In this document: positions 13,121-27,178 of the stretch, in pieces
How the letters are laid out: each line of letters begins with the position of its first letter
Numbering within the stretch: the stretch's first letter is position 1
Assembly (NCBI GenBank): GCA_951406725.2
Contig: OX597839.1
Coordinates: 19,530,001-19,594,000 of the forward strand
Direction of reading: 5' to 3'
DNA: 64,000 nucleotides
Origin: Octopus vulgaris
Taxonomy: Eukaryota
Made by a program: the position numbers and the translations under genes
The notes under the pieces: generated by a model
What the model was told of the DNA's origin: nothing
What the model saw: only the letters and a program-made list of their open reading frames with translations
Database searches by the model: none

Positions 13121-13727
13121 AGGCGGCGAGCTGGCAGAACCGTTAGCACGCCAGGCGAAATGCTTAGCAGTATTTCGTCTGCCGTTACGTTCTGAGTTCA
13201 AATTCCGCCGAGGTCGACTTTGCATTTCATCCTTTTGGGGTCGATTAAATAAGTACCAGTTACGCACTGGAGTCAATATAATCGACTTAATCCTTTTCTG
13301 TCCTGGTTTGTCCCCTCTGTGTTTAGCCCCTTTTGGGTAGTAAAGAAATAGGTATTTCGTCTGCCGTTACGTTCTGAGTTCAAATTCCGCCGAGGTCGAC
13401 TTTGCCTCTCCTCTTTTAGGGGTCGATAAATTAAGTACTAGTTACGCACTGGGGTGGATGTAATCGACTTAAACCGTTTGTCTGTCCTTGTTTGTCCTCT
13501 CTGTGTTTAGCCCCTTTTGGGTAGTAAAGAAATAGGTATTTCGTCTGCCCCTAAGTAAAGAAATAGGTATTTCGTCTGCCGTTACGTTCTGAGTTCAAAT
13601 TCCGCCGAGGTCGACTTTGCCTCTCATCCTTTAGGGATCGATAAATTAAGTACCAGTTGCGTACTGGGGTCGATGTAATCGACTGGACCCCTCCCCAAAA
13701 ATTTCAGGCCTTGTGCCTAGAGTCGAA
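13121..13727 (+). mobile_element. SINE family A concatemer (head plus 184-bp repeats, ending in tail 2)
   Basis: The junction GAAATAGGTATTTCG recurs near 13350, 13534 and 13564. Confidence 0.9.
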
Positions 13728-13849
13728 ATTAGTTATTTTTGTTGTTGTTGTTGTAGGTACTGCGGCTGTGGCTACTGTTTTTTTTTTAAATTGAGAGTAA
13801 CCTCTATCAACAGATCGATGAATAACAGCGCTTCCCGTCTTTTGCATCT

Positions 13850-14370
13850 GTGTGTGAATTATCCGAAACGTCTCACCCCTATACCTGTGTCCTCGACAAA
13901 TTCCATTATAATCATAACGTTTACCATTGAAAAATATTTGTAGAGAATTCCATTAAAAATATATATTTGTTCAAAATTTTGCTAACAAATATTCATTTTT
14001 CTGGAAGTTACGAGGGAAGCAATAACGAGGCGTGTGTGAATTATCCGAAACGTCTCACCCCTATCACTTCGAAAAAATGTTTCCACTACAAATTCCTTAT
14101 AATCGTAATATATACAATTGAAAAATATGTGTAGAAAATTCCATTAAAAATATATATTTGTTGAAAATGTCATTAACAAATAATCCTTTTTCCGAAAGTT
14201 ACGAAGGATCAAATAATGAGGCGTGTGAATTATACGAAACGTCGTCCCCTATCCCTCAGAAAAAGGTTTCCATTACAAATTCCATTATAATTGTAATATA
14301 TACCACCTGAAAAATATTTGTTGAAAATTCCATTGAAAAATATCTTTCAGAAAATTATGAGGAAATAAAA
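13850..14370. repeat. Tandem repeat, ~185-bp unit, ~2.8 copies
   Basis: GTGTGAATTAT(C/A)CGAAACGTC...ACAAATTCC(A)TTATAAT...GAAAAATAT recurs at about 13852, 14034 and 14223. Confidence 0.8.
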
Positions 14371-14494
14371 TCGATGGGGAGGGCAGATATCTCTAGTTAT
14401 TCCCAAAATGTAGTTACTGAGTGATTGAGTGATTGAGTGGAAGGAATGAAAGATATAAAGGAAAATTAAACAAAATATAACAGAAAAAAAATTG

Positions 14495-14770
14495 TGAAGG
14501 CGTTGGGCCTAGCGGTTAGACCATAACACTCACGATCGCTAGATCGTGGGTTCGATTCCCGGACTGGGCGGCGCGTAATCTTCTTGAGCAAAACTCTTCA
14601 TTTCACGTTTCACCAGTCTTCTTTTCGATCAGGATGGGAGTGAAGTGCTGGCCTGCTTACCTACTCAGCGGGGTAGCGTCATTTGAGGGCTAAAACAATG
14701 AAACAAACGAATTGTGACCAGCGATGTGTAACAACATCTGACAGCCTGGTCGAGCATGTGTGATCACGTA
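14495..14770 (+). mobile_element. SINE family D head and core with tail iii
   Basis: GGCCTAGCGGTTAG...GGTTCGATTCCCGG...CTTGAGCAAAAC. The tail GCTAAAACAATG...GACCAGCGATGTGTAACAACATC also occurs at 19870-19990 and 57400-57495 (minus). Confidence 0.7.
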
Positions 14771-15261
14771 ACAGCAGAAAAATTACACAAACTGGGAATC
14801 AGATGAGTGAATATGTAATGAATGACAAAAAAAAACTGCCCCGAGGGAGGTGTTTCTGCTGGTTTTATTAGGGATTTCTCACACACCCTTGTATATAGTA
14901 TATATAACATAACTAAAATTGTCGCACATTCTAATTAATTATTTACCGTTACGTAATTAATTATACGTATGATTATTCGCTATAACCCTTTCCGTTGCAA
15001 ACTATACATGACTCCCTCCAAGCGAAGTGACGTTGCGTAACTTGTAAAATATATTTTCATAAACTCTATAAATTATATAATGATGTATATATATTTAACC
15101 CCCAACCAAGCAACTTGTTTACCCTGCTAGGGGTAAATTTACACCTTGTTGCGAATCATATAATTAAAGTAGCGTGTAGGGTGTAACGAAACAGGTCAAA
15201 AGCGACGTTGCGTAATTCCTAAAATATATTTTAATAAACTCTACAGATTATATAATTCTCT

Positions 15262-15597
15262 TTACTAAAAGCACAAAGCCTGAAATTTTCGGAGAGGGAA
15301 CTAGTTAATTACATCGACCGCAGTGTTGCACTGGTACTTAATTTATCGACCCCGAAAGGATGAAAGTCGAGGTCGACCTTCGCGGCATTTAAACACAGAG
15401 AGGACAAACAAGGACAGACAAACGGATTAAGTTGATTAAATTGACCCCAGTGCGTAACTGGTACTTATTTAATCGACACCCGAAAGGATGAAAGGCAACG
15501 TCGACCTCGGCGGAATTTGAACTCAGAACGTAGCGGCAGACGAAATGCCGCAAAGCATTTCGCACGGAGTGCTAACGTTTCTGCCAGCTCGCTGCCT
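15262..15597 (-). mobile_element. SINE family A dimer (tail 1 unit plus tail 2 unit)
   Basis: Two consecutive central domains on the minus strand. Confidence 0.8.
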
Positions 15598-15619
15598 TAT
15601 ATAGTGTAATAGCAGTATA

Positions 15620-16060
15620 GACTGGCTTTTCCCGGGATTAAGTGAGGATTATTAAGCTAATCAAGTTCGTTATTTCGAACCAAACTAAGTAACATCGACG
15701 TCATATTTGAGCGAAATCCGTTGAAATTGGTAAACTTTTGGCTGAAAATGAGTTGCAGACAACTTGATTGGGAAATCCCATTAGGAATCGATTTATCGAT
15801 TTTTTCCACTCATCGATTTTTTTTATTCGTTTTTGAAGAACTTAAAGCATTCAAAGATCCCACTGAGTCCTAAGTGATGCTGGCATCAAGTTCGAACAAA
15901 ATACATCAAATTTGGTAAAAGTTATGGTTGAAAATGGGGTGTAGTCAATCTTATTGGGAAATCCTATAAGGAATCGGTTTATTGACTTTTTTTATCCTGA
16001 TTAAATGGAAAACCCCATAAGGAATCGGTTTATTGATTTTTCACCCCAAACAGAACTCAA
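15620..16060. repeat. Interspersed repeat with internal direct repeats (possibly non-autonomous Helitron/Helentron type)
   Basis: GGAAA(T/A)CCCAT(T/A)AGGAATCG(A/G)TTTAT-like block occurs three times. The class assignment is a guess. Confidence 0.45.
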
Positions 16061-16414
16061 CCGAACACATTATTGCTGATTCAAAAACATCTGTATTTAT
16101 AATTTAAAGTTGGTTTTCATACCCAGCCAAGTTCTGCAGAATCAGTGTCACGACAGGAGCGCATGGGTTGGGAGTTTGATCAGCAGAGGCGATGAGGTTG
16201 CACATGCCAGCCCTTTGAAAACACCCCCCCCCAATCATTAACCCCCCCTTTGCCGATCGGTTTGGAACCCTTCCAGCAAGGAAAATAGAATGCCGATAAG
16301 GCCTTCTGATCCTCTGTGTCAGAAGCGGTTAGGTTCAGATCACAATTAAGTCTTAAGTATATATATATATAAAATGTGTACTTACATACAAGAGAACAAA
16401 GTGTACGTACGCCG

Positions 16415-16453
<39 letters not shown>

Positions 16454-16673
16454 TATATATATATATGCATATAGATAAAATACAAAATGGGACAAGAACG
16501 CAAAACATCCGGACAACTAGTTGATACGAAAAGGTACAACAAAACATCCCACGCTGAGCAAGCTGGTTTGTTGAACTTGCCTACTGTCTTCTGGGCTATC
16601 GGACACGGACTGTTAGAGGCTGTTGGTGGTAGAAGGAGGAAGGCATGCAGCGTAATAATAATATGTGTGTGTA

Positions 16674-16729
<56 letters not shown>

Positions 16730-16888
16730 CATGTAAATATATACTAAAACAAAATGGGTTAAAAGAATTTTTGACAGAAGTTTCATTGGGAGTAAAAGTA
16801 GAAAAGCATAAATATTACACAGTTCGTAATTTCATTGTGCTCAACAGCTGTTTCAAGCGCATAGAATATCATTATTTGTGTGTGTGTG

Positions 16889-16924
<36 letters not shown>

Positions 16925-17031
16925 CATATATATGTATGTGTATGTATATGTATGTATGTGTAAATGAATATGTATATATATATATGTGTGTGTGTGTATG
17001 TATGTATATATATAATTGGGAAAATGAAAGT

Positions 17032-17067
17032 CTTTTAAGTTTCGAGCATACGCTCTTCAACAGAAAG
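17032..17067 (-). ncRNA. Degenerate minimal hammerhead motif, related to 7523-7557
   Basis: Minus strand: CUUU-CUGUUGA-A-GAGC-GUAU-GCUC-GAAA-CU-UA-AAAG. The stems are intact, the core has A6U and the stem III palindrome is mutated. Confidence 0.55.
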
Positions 17068-17544
17068 GAAGAAAAGAGAATGATAAAGAGCATATGTGTA
17101 TGTGTGTGTGTATGTATGTATGTATGCGCGTGCATGCGTGTATATGTGTATGTGTGCCTGTGTAATTTTCTCCTACTAGGATTTACTACAAATGTACTTA
17201 TGTATAGGAGATTAACGACACGTTATTAAGTAAGCTCTTAATTACTGAGGACAAATATTCTGATGTTTATAAATGAACTCTACAGAAAGATATCTTAATT
17301 CATATCTAAATATATGCAGATATATATATATATACATATGCATTATATATATATATACGTATACATCTGTATATATATTTATGCACATGTATATATATAT
17401 ATGTATGCATATATATGTGTATTTATATATATATATATATATATATGTACAATATACATATATATAACTTAACACCATCTTGAAGTGCAGCGCTATTTAT
17501 TATTCTTTCTCAATGCTTCCCTACTCTGATATATATATATATCT

Positions 17545-17755
17545 TTCTTTCTTTTTCTTTTGCTTGTTTCAGTCATTTGACTGCGGCCATGCTGGAGCAC
17601 CGCCTTTAGTCGAGCAAATCGACCCCATGACTTATTCTTTGTAAGCCCAGTACTTATTCTATCGGTCTCTTTTGCCGAACCGCTAAGTAACGGGGACGTA
17701 AACACACCAGCATCGGTTGTCAAGCAATGCTAGGGGGACAAACATAGACACACAA

Positions 17756-17811
<56 letters not shown>

Positions 17812-17973
17812 GACGGGCTTCTTTCAGTTTCCGTCTACCAAATCCACTCACAAGGCATTGGTCGGCCCGGGGCTATAGCAGAAGACACTTGCCCAAGATG
17901 CCATGCAGTGGGACTGAACCCGGAACCATGTGGTTGGTTAGCAAGCTACTTACCACACAGCCATTCCTGCGCC
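17545..17973 (-). mobile_element. SINE family B, full length (tRNA-like head, body, internal (TA)n(TG)n, 3' module)
   Basis: GGCGCAGGAATGGCTGTGTGGTAAG...GGTTCAGTCCCACTG...CTTGGGCAAGTGTCTTC...GGTGCTCCAGCATGGCCGCAGTCAAATGACTGAAACAAG. Other copies lie at 19460-19838, 29015-29380, 36625-36985, 46649-47060, 47725-48085, 48750-49158 and 55982-56358. Confidence 0.9.
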
Positions 17974-18295
17974 TATATATATATATTCATGTGTGTATAT
18001 GTGTATATATATATGTATATGTGTGTGTGTGCGTGTTATCTACGCATGCACCACCACCGCTTGAAAACCGATGTTGGTGAGTTTACGTCCCCGTAATTTA
18101 GTGGTTTGGCAAAGGAAACCGATAGAGTAAGTCCTAGAGTCGATTTGTTCGACAAAAAGCCGTGCTCCAACATGACCACAGGTAAATGACTGAAACAATT
18201 AAAACAACACCAAAAGAAAGAATATCTATCTATCTGTCTGCATGTCTGTCAGTCTGTGTCTGTCTATCTGTGTGTCTTTCTGTCTGTCTATCAAT

Positions 18296-18326
<31 letters not shown>

Positions 18327-18445
18327 CATCCACATATATAGTTGTATATATATTTTTAAATATATCTATGTATGTATATGTTTATATAAATATGAATATG
18401 TATGCACCTACATATATACATACATAGATATATATATATATATAT

Positions 18446-18508
<63 letters not shown>

Positions 18509-18681
18509 CACACACTCATATATGAATATATGAAAGCTCATATATCAAAATATGCACACTCCTTCACACTCACACACACCAACATTTACAAACATACACA
18601 TTACATACGCACATTCATTCATACATACATACATACATACATACATACATACATACATACATACATACATACATACATACA

Positions 18682-18712
<31 letters not shown>

Positions 18713-19381
18713 TCATTGACACACCACTCACTTCCACGCACATTGAATACAGGATATCTGAGCCGAGTCTTTAAACATATGTAAGAATTATGAGTCAAAA
18801 CGTCTGGCGAAACCTCCCGCTGTCAACGTTGCTTCTGATCTAGTTATTGATATTGGTGATACCGCTGGAATTGCTCCTGGCAATGTTCGTGTAACTATTA
18901 TTATTACAATTATTGTTGTTGTTGTTTGTGTTGTCATTGTTCGTGTTGTTATTGTTTGTTTATTTATACACAAAAATATGATTTTTTTTTCTTCCTTTCT
19001 TCATGTTTCGGTCTTTATGTATATGAAGCAGTGATACGTGGCAACCGAGATTTGATAACCTTGTAGTAATGCGTTGTAACGTCTGTCTTGGTGGGTGTGT
19101 GTATATATGTATATATGGGTGTGTGTTAGTGTGTGTTTGTAATGAATGGACGCAGACTGAAGAGGTGTCGTGTGTATGCTATAGTACTGTGTTACTGTAC
19201 GTCGCAGAGTGACGAAATAGTTGAGTTATATCAATGTAAATCACCGCTTGGTGAAGACGAAATCTGGCGTATCGGCCCCTTTGTCTGTCTCTCAGTCTCT
19301 CTGTCTAGTTTCTGTACGTTTACGCATTATACAAGTATATCTATCTATATATGTCTATCTATTTGTCTATGTATCTATTTG

Positions 19382-19431
<50 letters not shown>

Positions 19432-19838
19432 GATATATATATATATATATGTATGTACTCTTTTATTTGTTTAAGTCATTTGACTGCGGCCATGCTGGAG
19501 CACCGCCTTTAGTCGAGCAAATCGATCACAGGACTTATTCTTTGCAAGCCTAGTACTTATTCTATCGGTCTCTTTTGCCGAACCGCTAAGTTACGTTGAC
19601 ATAAGCACACCACCATCGGATGCCAAGCGATGTTGTGGTACAAACCCCCCCCCCCCCCACACACACACACACAAATATACAACGGGCTACTTTGAGTTTC
19701 CGTCTACCAAATCCACTTACAAGACTTTGGTCGGCCCGAGGCTATTACAGAAGATACTTGCCCAAGATGCCACGCAGTGGGAATGAATCCGGAACTATGT
19801 GGTTGGTAAGCAAGCTACTTACCACACAGCCACTCCTG

Positions 19839-19878
<40 letters not shown>

Positions 19879-20062
19879 ATCAAGTGACCGACCAGTCTAT
19901 TAGATGTAGTTACACATCGCTGGTGACAATGCGTTCGCATTGTTTTAGCCTTCGAACGACGCCACCCCGCTGGCTAAGCGAGCAGGCCAATATATATATA
20001 TATATAACATTTTATTTTATTTGGCTCGAGTCACTTTCCGGAAACATAATTATTGCAGTAAG

Positions 20063-20684
20063 TGTAGGAGCCGCACACAAGTGTACTAGTGGTTGAGACG
20101 TTTCCAAGATGGCCGAAAAAGACGTCGATAATGATGAACGTTCGGAATGAGCCACAACCAGCAGAACTGAGAAAAACATCGCAGATATGCGTGCAGCTGT
20201 GAAGGGAAATCGTCGAATTGCCATCCATGAGATATCAGAGAATGTGCAGATTGGTTACGGTTCAGTTCAGTCCATTATCAATGAAGATTTGGGTATGAGA
20301 CATGTGTCTACAAAGTTTGTGCCAAAACTGCTTTCAGCTGACCAAAAAGACACTCGGGTTTCATTTGCACAAGATCTTCTTTATTGTGTCGAGAATGTTT
20401 TAGAAAACATCCGGTAGACTTCTAAACAGATATCGCCAAGCTTTTCACAAAATTTGATGCAGATTCTCTACTCAACTTTCTCTGTCATGGTCCATACGAC
20501 GGTCACACGCTACACACCACCCGTCTCAGCAATGCTGTAAACAGCAGAAGTGAGGTAGGACTTAAAAACTTAGTGCGCATGCACATCAGAGCTCAAGGTC
20601 AATATGTGTTAAGCGGCTTCACTCTGCGTGCTTTAACTTCATTACTATGGCAACAGTGTGGATACTTATTGATCAGACCACGTA
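20063..20684. mobile_element. Rearranged mariner 5' fragment
   Basis: Minus 20684-20395 has a TIR and MTEKVE*RICIKFCEKLG. Plus 20063-20398 has SRTQVY*WLRRFQDG...EDLGMRHVSTKFVPKLLSADQK. Confidence 0.85.
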
Positions 20685-21044
20685 TTTTATTTAAGAAGAG
20701 GTGTGGCTCTGTGGTAAGAAGTTTCCTTTCCAATCACATGCATTCGGGTTCAGTCCTATCAAACTACCCATCTGCCAATCCACCAACGACATTGTCTACC
20801 GAACTATTTGCAAGCTACCAGCCGACCTACCTAACAACCAATCGAAATACGCACTTGTTTAGCTACCTACCTCTTTAACCCTTTCCCTCCCTACTTACCT
20901 ACCAAGCAATCAACCTACCTACCTACCTACCTACCTACCTACCTACCTACCTACCTACCTACCTACCTACCTACCTACCTACCTGTCTACTTACCTACCT
21001 ACCTACCTACATACATACATACATACGTACATACATATATAGCG

Positions 21045-21412
21045 GTGCAGAGTTTGACAAGGCTGGCCCTTTGAAATACAGGTAGAGCAGAAACAGGAAG
21101 AAAGAGTTAGAGAAAGTTGTGGTGAAGAATACAGCAGGGTTCGCCACCACCCTCTGCCGAAGCCTCATGGAGCTTTTAGGTGTTTTCGCTCAATAAACAC
21201 TCACAATCACAACGCCCGGTCTGGGAATCGGAACCGCGATTTTACGACCGCGTGTCCGCTGCCCTAACCACTGAGCCATTGCGCCTCCACACACACATAC
21301 ATACATTCATACCCATCTCTAAACCTACGCACAACGTTCAGTCCGGGAATCGGAACCGCGATTCTATGACCGCGTGTCCTCTGCCCTAACCCCTGGGCCA
21401 TTACACCTCCAC
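21045..21412 (-). mobile_element. SINE family C partial copy plus a duplicated head
   Basis: The head sequence occurs at about 21210-21290 and again at 21330-21412. Confidence 0.8.
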
Positions 21413-22009
21413 ACATACATACATACATACATACATACATACATACATACATACATACATACATACATACATACATACATACATACCTATCTCTAAACCC
21501 ATCTGCCAATCTACCTACTCACATATACTCATCGACCTCCTGACCTCCCAAACTACCCTCCCCCTAACTCTTTCTCTATATACCTACCAACTAAGCAATC
21601 AACCAACAAACCAACAAACCAACCAGCCAACCAGCCAGCCAGCCATTGAATCAGAGTGTCTGAAACTCTTTGTAATTATGTGACAACTTCGACAGAAGCT
21701 CACATCTTTCCTCTCTTTCATGAAACGCAAGCGAGAAAGAACCCCTCGTCTTGGGAGGTTGAGTGAGACGGAAAAAGACAGGCAGACACAGAGAGAGAGA
21801 GAAAGAGAGAGAAGGAGAGAGAGAGAGCGAGAACTGAAGTGTAGAATTGAGCAGAGAGGATGAATGAAGAATAAGTTAGCTGGATGGGCGTGGGTGGGTG
21901 GATGTAAGTTGTTGTCATTCTTCAAGTTAATTAGGCAGGAAATGTCTGGCCACCGACTGTGGCATTCCTGACACAAAAAGCTACGATTAAAGACAAACAC
22001 ACACACACA

Positions 22010-22062
<53 letters not shown>

Positions 22063-22429
22063 TGTAATTCTGCGTCGCCTCGTGAGGGCACATTTCTTCC
22101 TTTTACAAATTAGTTCGTAAGATTCCGACTCACATTCACCCTCTTATGTTCTTTCTTTCTCTCTCTCTCTCTCATTCTTTCTTTCTCTCTCTCTCTCTCA
22201 TTCTTTCTTTCTCTCTCTCTCTCATTCTTTCTTTCTCTCTCTCCCTTTCTCTTATTTCTCTTTCTCCCCCACTATATATATGTCTATCTATTTATCTGTC
22301 TAGTTATCTGTCTACTTACCTATCTCCCACCTCTCTCTATCTATCTATCGATCTATATATCTCTCTGTGTGTACCCCTCTCTCTCTGTTTATATATCTCT
22401 CTATCTATCGCTCTCTCTATCTCTCTATT

Positions 22430-22468
<39 letters not shown>

Positions 22469-22659
22469 CTGTCTCTATCTCTCTCTCTCTCTCTTTCCCT
22501 CTATTTCTCTCTCTCTCTATCTATTTATCTATATATCTATCTATCTAACCATATAACTACCAGCTAACCTATCTATCTATCTATTCACCTATCCATCCAT
22601 CCATCCATCCATCAGTTAGACCGTTCGTCTGCCTGTCTGCCTGTCTGCTTGTCTGTCAG

Positions 22660-22707
<48 letters not shown>

Positions 22708-23278
22708 AAATTATTTATTAGATGTCACACAATACTGCTACTCTTGTACTATTCTATTCAATCTCACGCTTCATTCATTAGCCTGAGACTTAGCTGGAGC
22801 ACTGCCATGAAAAACGAACCCCGAACTTAAAACTAGCGGCATTATTATCATTCTCATTTGGACAAAGACACTGACAAGCAGGCAGAAAGGTTGCCCTGAT
22901 TTCTAATATATCATAACAAACAGATGTACCTGGCGTCGCTCGAGATTGAAATGGCATAGTTTTTTCCAAGATTCATTCTTTGTAAGCCTAGTAATTATTC
23001 TCGGGGCGTGTTTTGCCGAACCGCTAGGTTACGGGGACGTAAACACAGCATCATCGGTTGTCAAGCAATGGTGTGTGTGTGTGTGGGGGGGGGGGGACAA
23101 AACACAGACACGCAAATATATACACACATACATACTCCTACGGTATTTTGGGATTCAACATTTATCCACAAGGCATTTCCCTTTCAAGTGAATATTTATC
23201 TATTTGTTTATTTATCTACCCTCAAGCATTCCCGTACAAAGACATCTCCGAAGCCACACGCACCAACACTCACGCACG

Positions 23279-23310
<32 letters not shown>

Positions 23311-23339
23311 GACATACTGTGGATAATATATTTTGTTCG

Positions 23340-24078
23340 CCGAAATTTTTTGGGAGGGGACCAGCCGATTAGATCGACCCCAGTATGTGAATGGTACTTA
23401 ATTTATCAACCCCGATAGGGTAAAAGGTAAAGTCGACCTCGGCGGAATTTGAACTCTGAACGTAAAGACAGACAAAATATTGCTAAGCATTTCACCCGGC
23501 GTGCTAACGATTTTTCCTACTCAAGGCACAAGGACCGAAATCTTAGGGGACGGGGCTAGTCGATTAGATCGACCTCAGTAGGCAACTGGTACTTAATTTA
23601 TCGAACCCGAAAGAATAAAAGGTGGAATTTGAACTCAGAACGTAAAAACAGACGAAATACCTATTTCTCTACTACCCACAAGGGGCTAAACACAGAGAGG
23701 ACAAACAAGGACAGACAAACGGATTAAAACGATTACATCAACCCCAGTGTGTAACTGGTACTTATTTAATCGACCCTGAAAGGATGAAAGACAACGTCGA
23801 CCTCGGCGGAATTTGAACTCAGAACGTAATGGCAGACGAAATACCTATTTCTTTACTTCCCACAAGGGGCTAAACACACAGAGGGACAAACAAGGACAGA
23901 CAAACGGATTAAGTCGATTATACTGACTCCAGTGCGTAACCGGTACTTATTGAATCGACCCCGAAAGAATGAAAGGCAAAGTCAACCTCGGCGGAATTTG
24001 AACTCAGAACGTAACGGCAGACGAAATACGGCTACGCATTTCGCCCGGCGTGGTAACGTTTCTGCCAGCTCGCCGCCA
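23340..24078 (-). mobile_element. SINE family A concatemer (four central domains)
   Basis: Reverse junction GAAATACCTATTTC near 23660 and 23845. Confidence 0.85.
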
Positions 24079-24715
24079 TATTATCGATAATATATTAAAT
24101 ATTCATTCCTCCAAAAAAGTGAGTTTTGTGAGAAAACAAAAAATACCGCTGACACTTTATAATTTAGGGCCGAAATATTTTACTTTTTTGTAACAGAAAA
24201 CTAATCAAATTAAAGTGTAACATCATAAGTTTAAAGAGTTACTGTTGAAGAACATTAAAATTTGTGTATGTCTATGGCGGAGTTAATTGGATAAGCTATC
24301 GACCTACAATTATTCTGGTTATAAAAATGTCAAGTTTAGTTATATGAGTTTTGAGTTTAATTACATCAGAGATGAAGAGAAAACAATTCCAATCCGCCCC
24401 GGCCCCCCACCACACAAATACAGACACAAAAACACTCACGCACACATCTATGTATCTATCTTTATAAATACATATATATCTATATATATATGTATATATG
24501 TATGGATAGATATATACATGCATATATATAACATTTTAAACAATTAAGCCTTATTTGGATCCTCAAGGATCATGTGGACCCCGGTTGAGAACAACTATAA
24601 ACAGATAGTTGCAGTGAAACAAGATGGCTATAACATTCGACCCCTTCCATATTTGCATTTTCATTCACTTAAATATAACATAAGTAGGTTAGCACCCATT
24701 TCATTTTTATTAAGT

Positions 24716-24794
24716 TTTAATGCAGCAGGGTTTTTTTCCGTACGGGAAACTCAGAGTAACAGGTTTTGTTGAATTTTCTGCTGCTTTAAATAAA

Positions 24795-24795
<1 letters not shown>
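24716..24795 (+). repeat. Truncated copy of the hammerhead foldback element (3' half of the ribozyme only)
   Basis: GAAACTCAGAGTAACAGGTTTTGTTGAATTTTCTGCTGCTTTAAATAA matches 39797-39845 (reverse complement) and 56424-56472. CUGANGA is missing. Confidence 0.75.
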
Positions 24796-24829
<34 letters not shown>

Positions 24830-25156
24830 TGTATATATATGTATGTATATGTATATATATATAAATGTATACATGTATATATATGTATGTATGTATATAT
24901 ATGTATACATATATATATGTATATATATATATATATATAATATTTATATATATATATATATATATAAAACCATATATATTGGTGTGCATGTATATATATA
25001 TTATATATATAGAACATACATATAAACGTATACAAGAAATTTCAGAGGAAGAATTCAGCGAACACCAGAACCAAATTTGGCGGGCAGGACATATGAAAAA
25101 TTAAATAAAAAACAGACTTCTTCCTCTAGAGAATTTCCCTTGTAGTTTGATGTTTA

Positions 25157-25201
<45 letters not shown>

Positions 25202-25639
25202 CATATTGCGCGCACATCTGTGTGTATATGTGTTTATGTATACGAACCAAGCGGTATTTGGTTATCTTGTTGCTGGTCCTATACATCACGTGATACACAA
25301 GACATATTTCCCTTGCATCGATGCATCATACATGAAACCCATTCTCAATATCTTTCCGATAACCTGACTAACTTGGGATTTATCCAGAACCGTTTACGAG
25401 TTTAAGAGTTTGATATCAACTATTTTGTGCTTGATGCAACTGTGTTTCAAACTGTTTACGTGTGTGAAACGATCATCTGGTATTTGATGAAACTGTTTGA
25501 ATGTCTGACGTAACTGATTTCAGACGTCATTTAAAACACCCGACAAATAGCCAAAGCAAATGAACAGACGCCAAAGTCGCTACGTTTTTGTTAGTTGTTT
25601 GTGTACAAAGATTAATGATGCATATCAGCATAGAATGGG

Positions 25640-26190
25640 CATTAAATGTAGAGGATATTCAAAGACTGGTAAGAAATGAGGTAAGTAGTATTTTCTGCTG
25701 GATGTGTAATGTTAGTATGCAGAAGCAACAGATCACAAATGAGCTGAGACTAGCTACTGGGTAACCAGGCCGAGGATCCCCAGGCGAATGCTGTAATGGT
25801 CTAGAAATGTAATGCATATATATACAGTGGATGGTGGGGAAATAAATACCTATTTCTTTACTACCCACAAGGGGCTAAACACAGAGGGGACAAACAAGAA
25901 CAGACAAACGGATTAAGTCGATTACATCGACCCCAGTGCGTAACTGGTACTTATTTAATCGACCCCGAAAGGATGAAAGGCAAAGTCGACCTCGGCGGAA
26001 TTTGAACTCAGAACGTAACGACAGACGAAATACGGCTACGCATTTCGCCCGGTGTGCTAACGTTTCTGCCATACCATGTGATCTTAGTAGACGGGAGTGT
26101 TAGATTGGAGAAGACATGGAAAGAAATGATGAAAGCTGATACCAAATGTCTGAGAACTAACTAAGACTCTGAAGACAAGCATGGACGTTT
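25640..26190 (+). mobile_element. Decayed RTE-clade LINE fragment interrupted by SINE A (25848-26070, minus)
   Basis: LNVEDIQRLVRNEVSSIFCWMCNVS..ITNELR before the SINE and EKTWKEMMKAD after it. Confidence 0.55.
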
Positions 26191-26929
26191 AAGACAAACC
26201 TACGAAGATGCTTTGGACACACCAAAGGTTTATATAAATAGTTGTTAAATAAGATTTCCTTCCGAAACGGTTTAGTCATTTGCCTGTCTTGTGTATCATA
26301 TGCAGTGCAGAAAACATATTTCTTTGAGTGTCCACGCATCAGATATGACACATATTTTCAATCTTTTTTTATCGAATAGAGAAACTTTCGTTCATCCAAT
26401 GGTCTAAATACCAGCAGGGAGGTTAAAGACAAACTTATAAAAATGCTTCGGACAGGCAAATATTTTATATAAATAGCGTTTGAATAAGATTAGATGTTCC
26501 TTAAGAAATGGATTAATCCTTTACCTCTGCTTTGTGTCATATAATAGATAGGATAGACAGGATGTTCAGGGAGTTCACACTGTTGTAGTTATGCAGAGCA
26601 AGGCACTGATCTGAGGATCACATCATCCGTTCCTCTCTCACTCCTCGGATGTACTCGATGTCTGAGTCACGGGCGTCGTTCTTCATACCGTGACTATACC
26701 ATAAAGAGCATATTTCTAACACGCACCAAACCACTCATTGCAGGGATGTGACCAGTTGATTAGGAATCGATTCTAGTACATCGCTTTGTTGTTCTATGTA
26801 GTACCACAACCACCCACCCATCCACACACCTCTCAAACATATTCTTTAAAAAAAACAAAAAAATTTTATTTCGGTGTGATTTAAACAGACAACTAAAATG
26901 ATCGCAACAACATTAATAATAAATAATAA

Positions 26930-27178
26930 ATGCGCCCTTTTAAAGCCTAGCCAGGTTCATGGGCCCAGTTTCCCGGTTTCTATGGTGTATCTGTTCCCCA
27001 GCTGGATGGGACGCCAGTCCATCGCAGCGTTAATCATTTTTGCCAGCTGAGTGAACTGGAGCAACGTGAAATGTAGTGTTTTGCACAAGAACACAACGCG
27101 TCGCCCGGTCCAGGAATCGAAACCACAATCTTACGATCACGATGCTGACACCCAGACCACTTAGCCACGCACCTCCAC
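26930..27178 (-). mobile_element. SINE family D with tail i
   Basis: Colinear reverse complement of 54580-54822. Confidence 0.8.

Noticed and set aside
13330-13360. Hammerhead at the SINE A concatemer junction (GAAATAGGTATT)
   Set aside because: No CUGANGA core at the required position.
13850-14370. Retrozyme-like tandem array (each ~185-bp unit has CGAAACGTC)
   Set aside because: There is no CUGANGA (only ATAACGA/ATAATGA) and no convincing stems I and II, so it is kept as a plain tandem repeat.
19150-19270. CTGAAGA...GACGAAA hammerhead candidate; similar partial hits at 11297, 28670, 37044 and 59140
   Set aside because: Stems I-III cannot all be formed.
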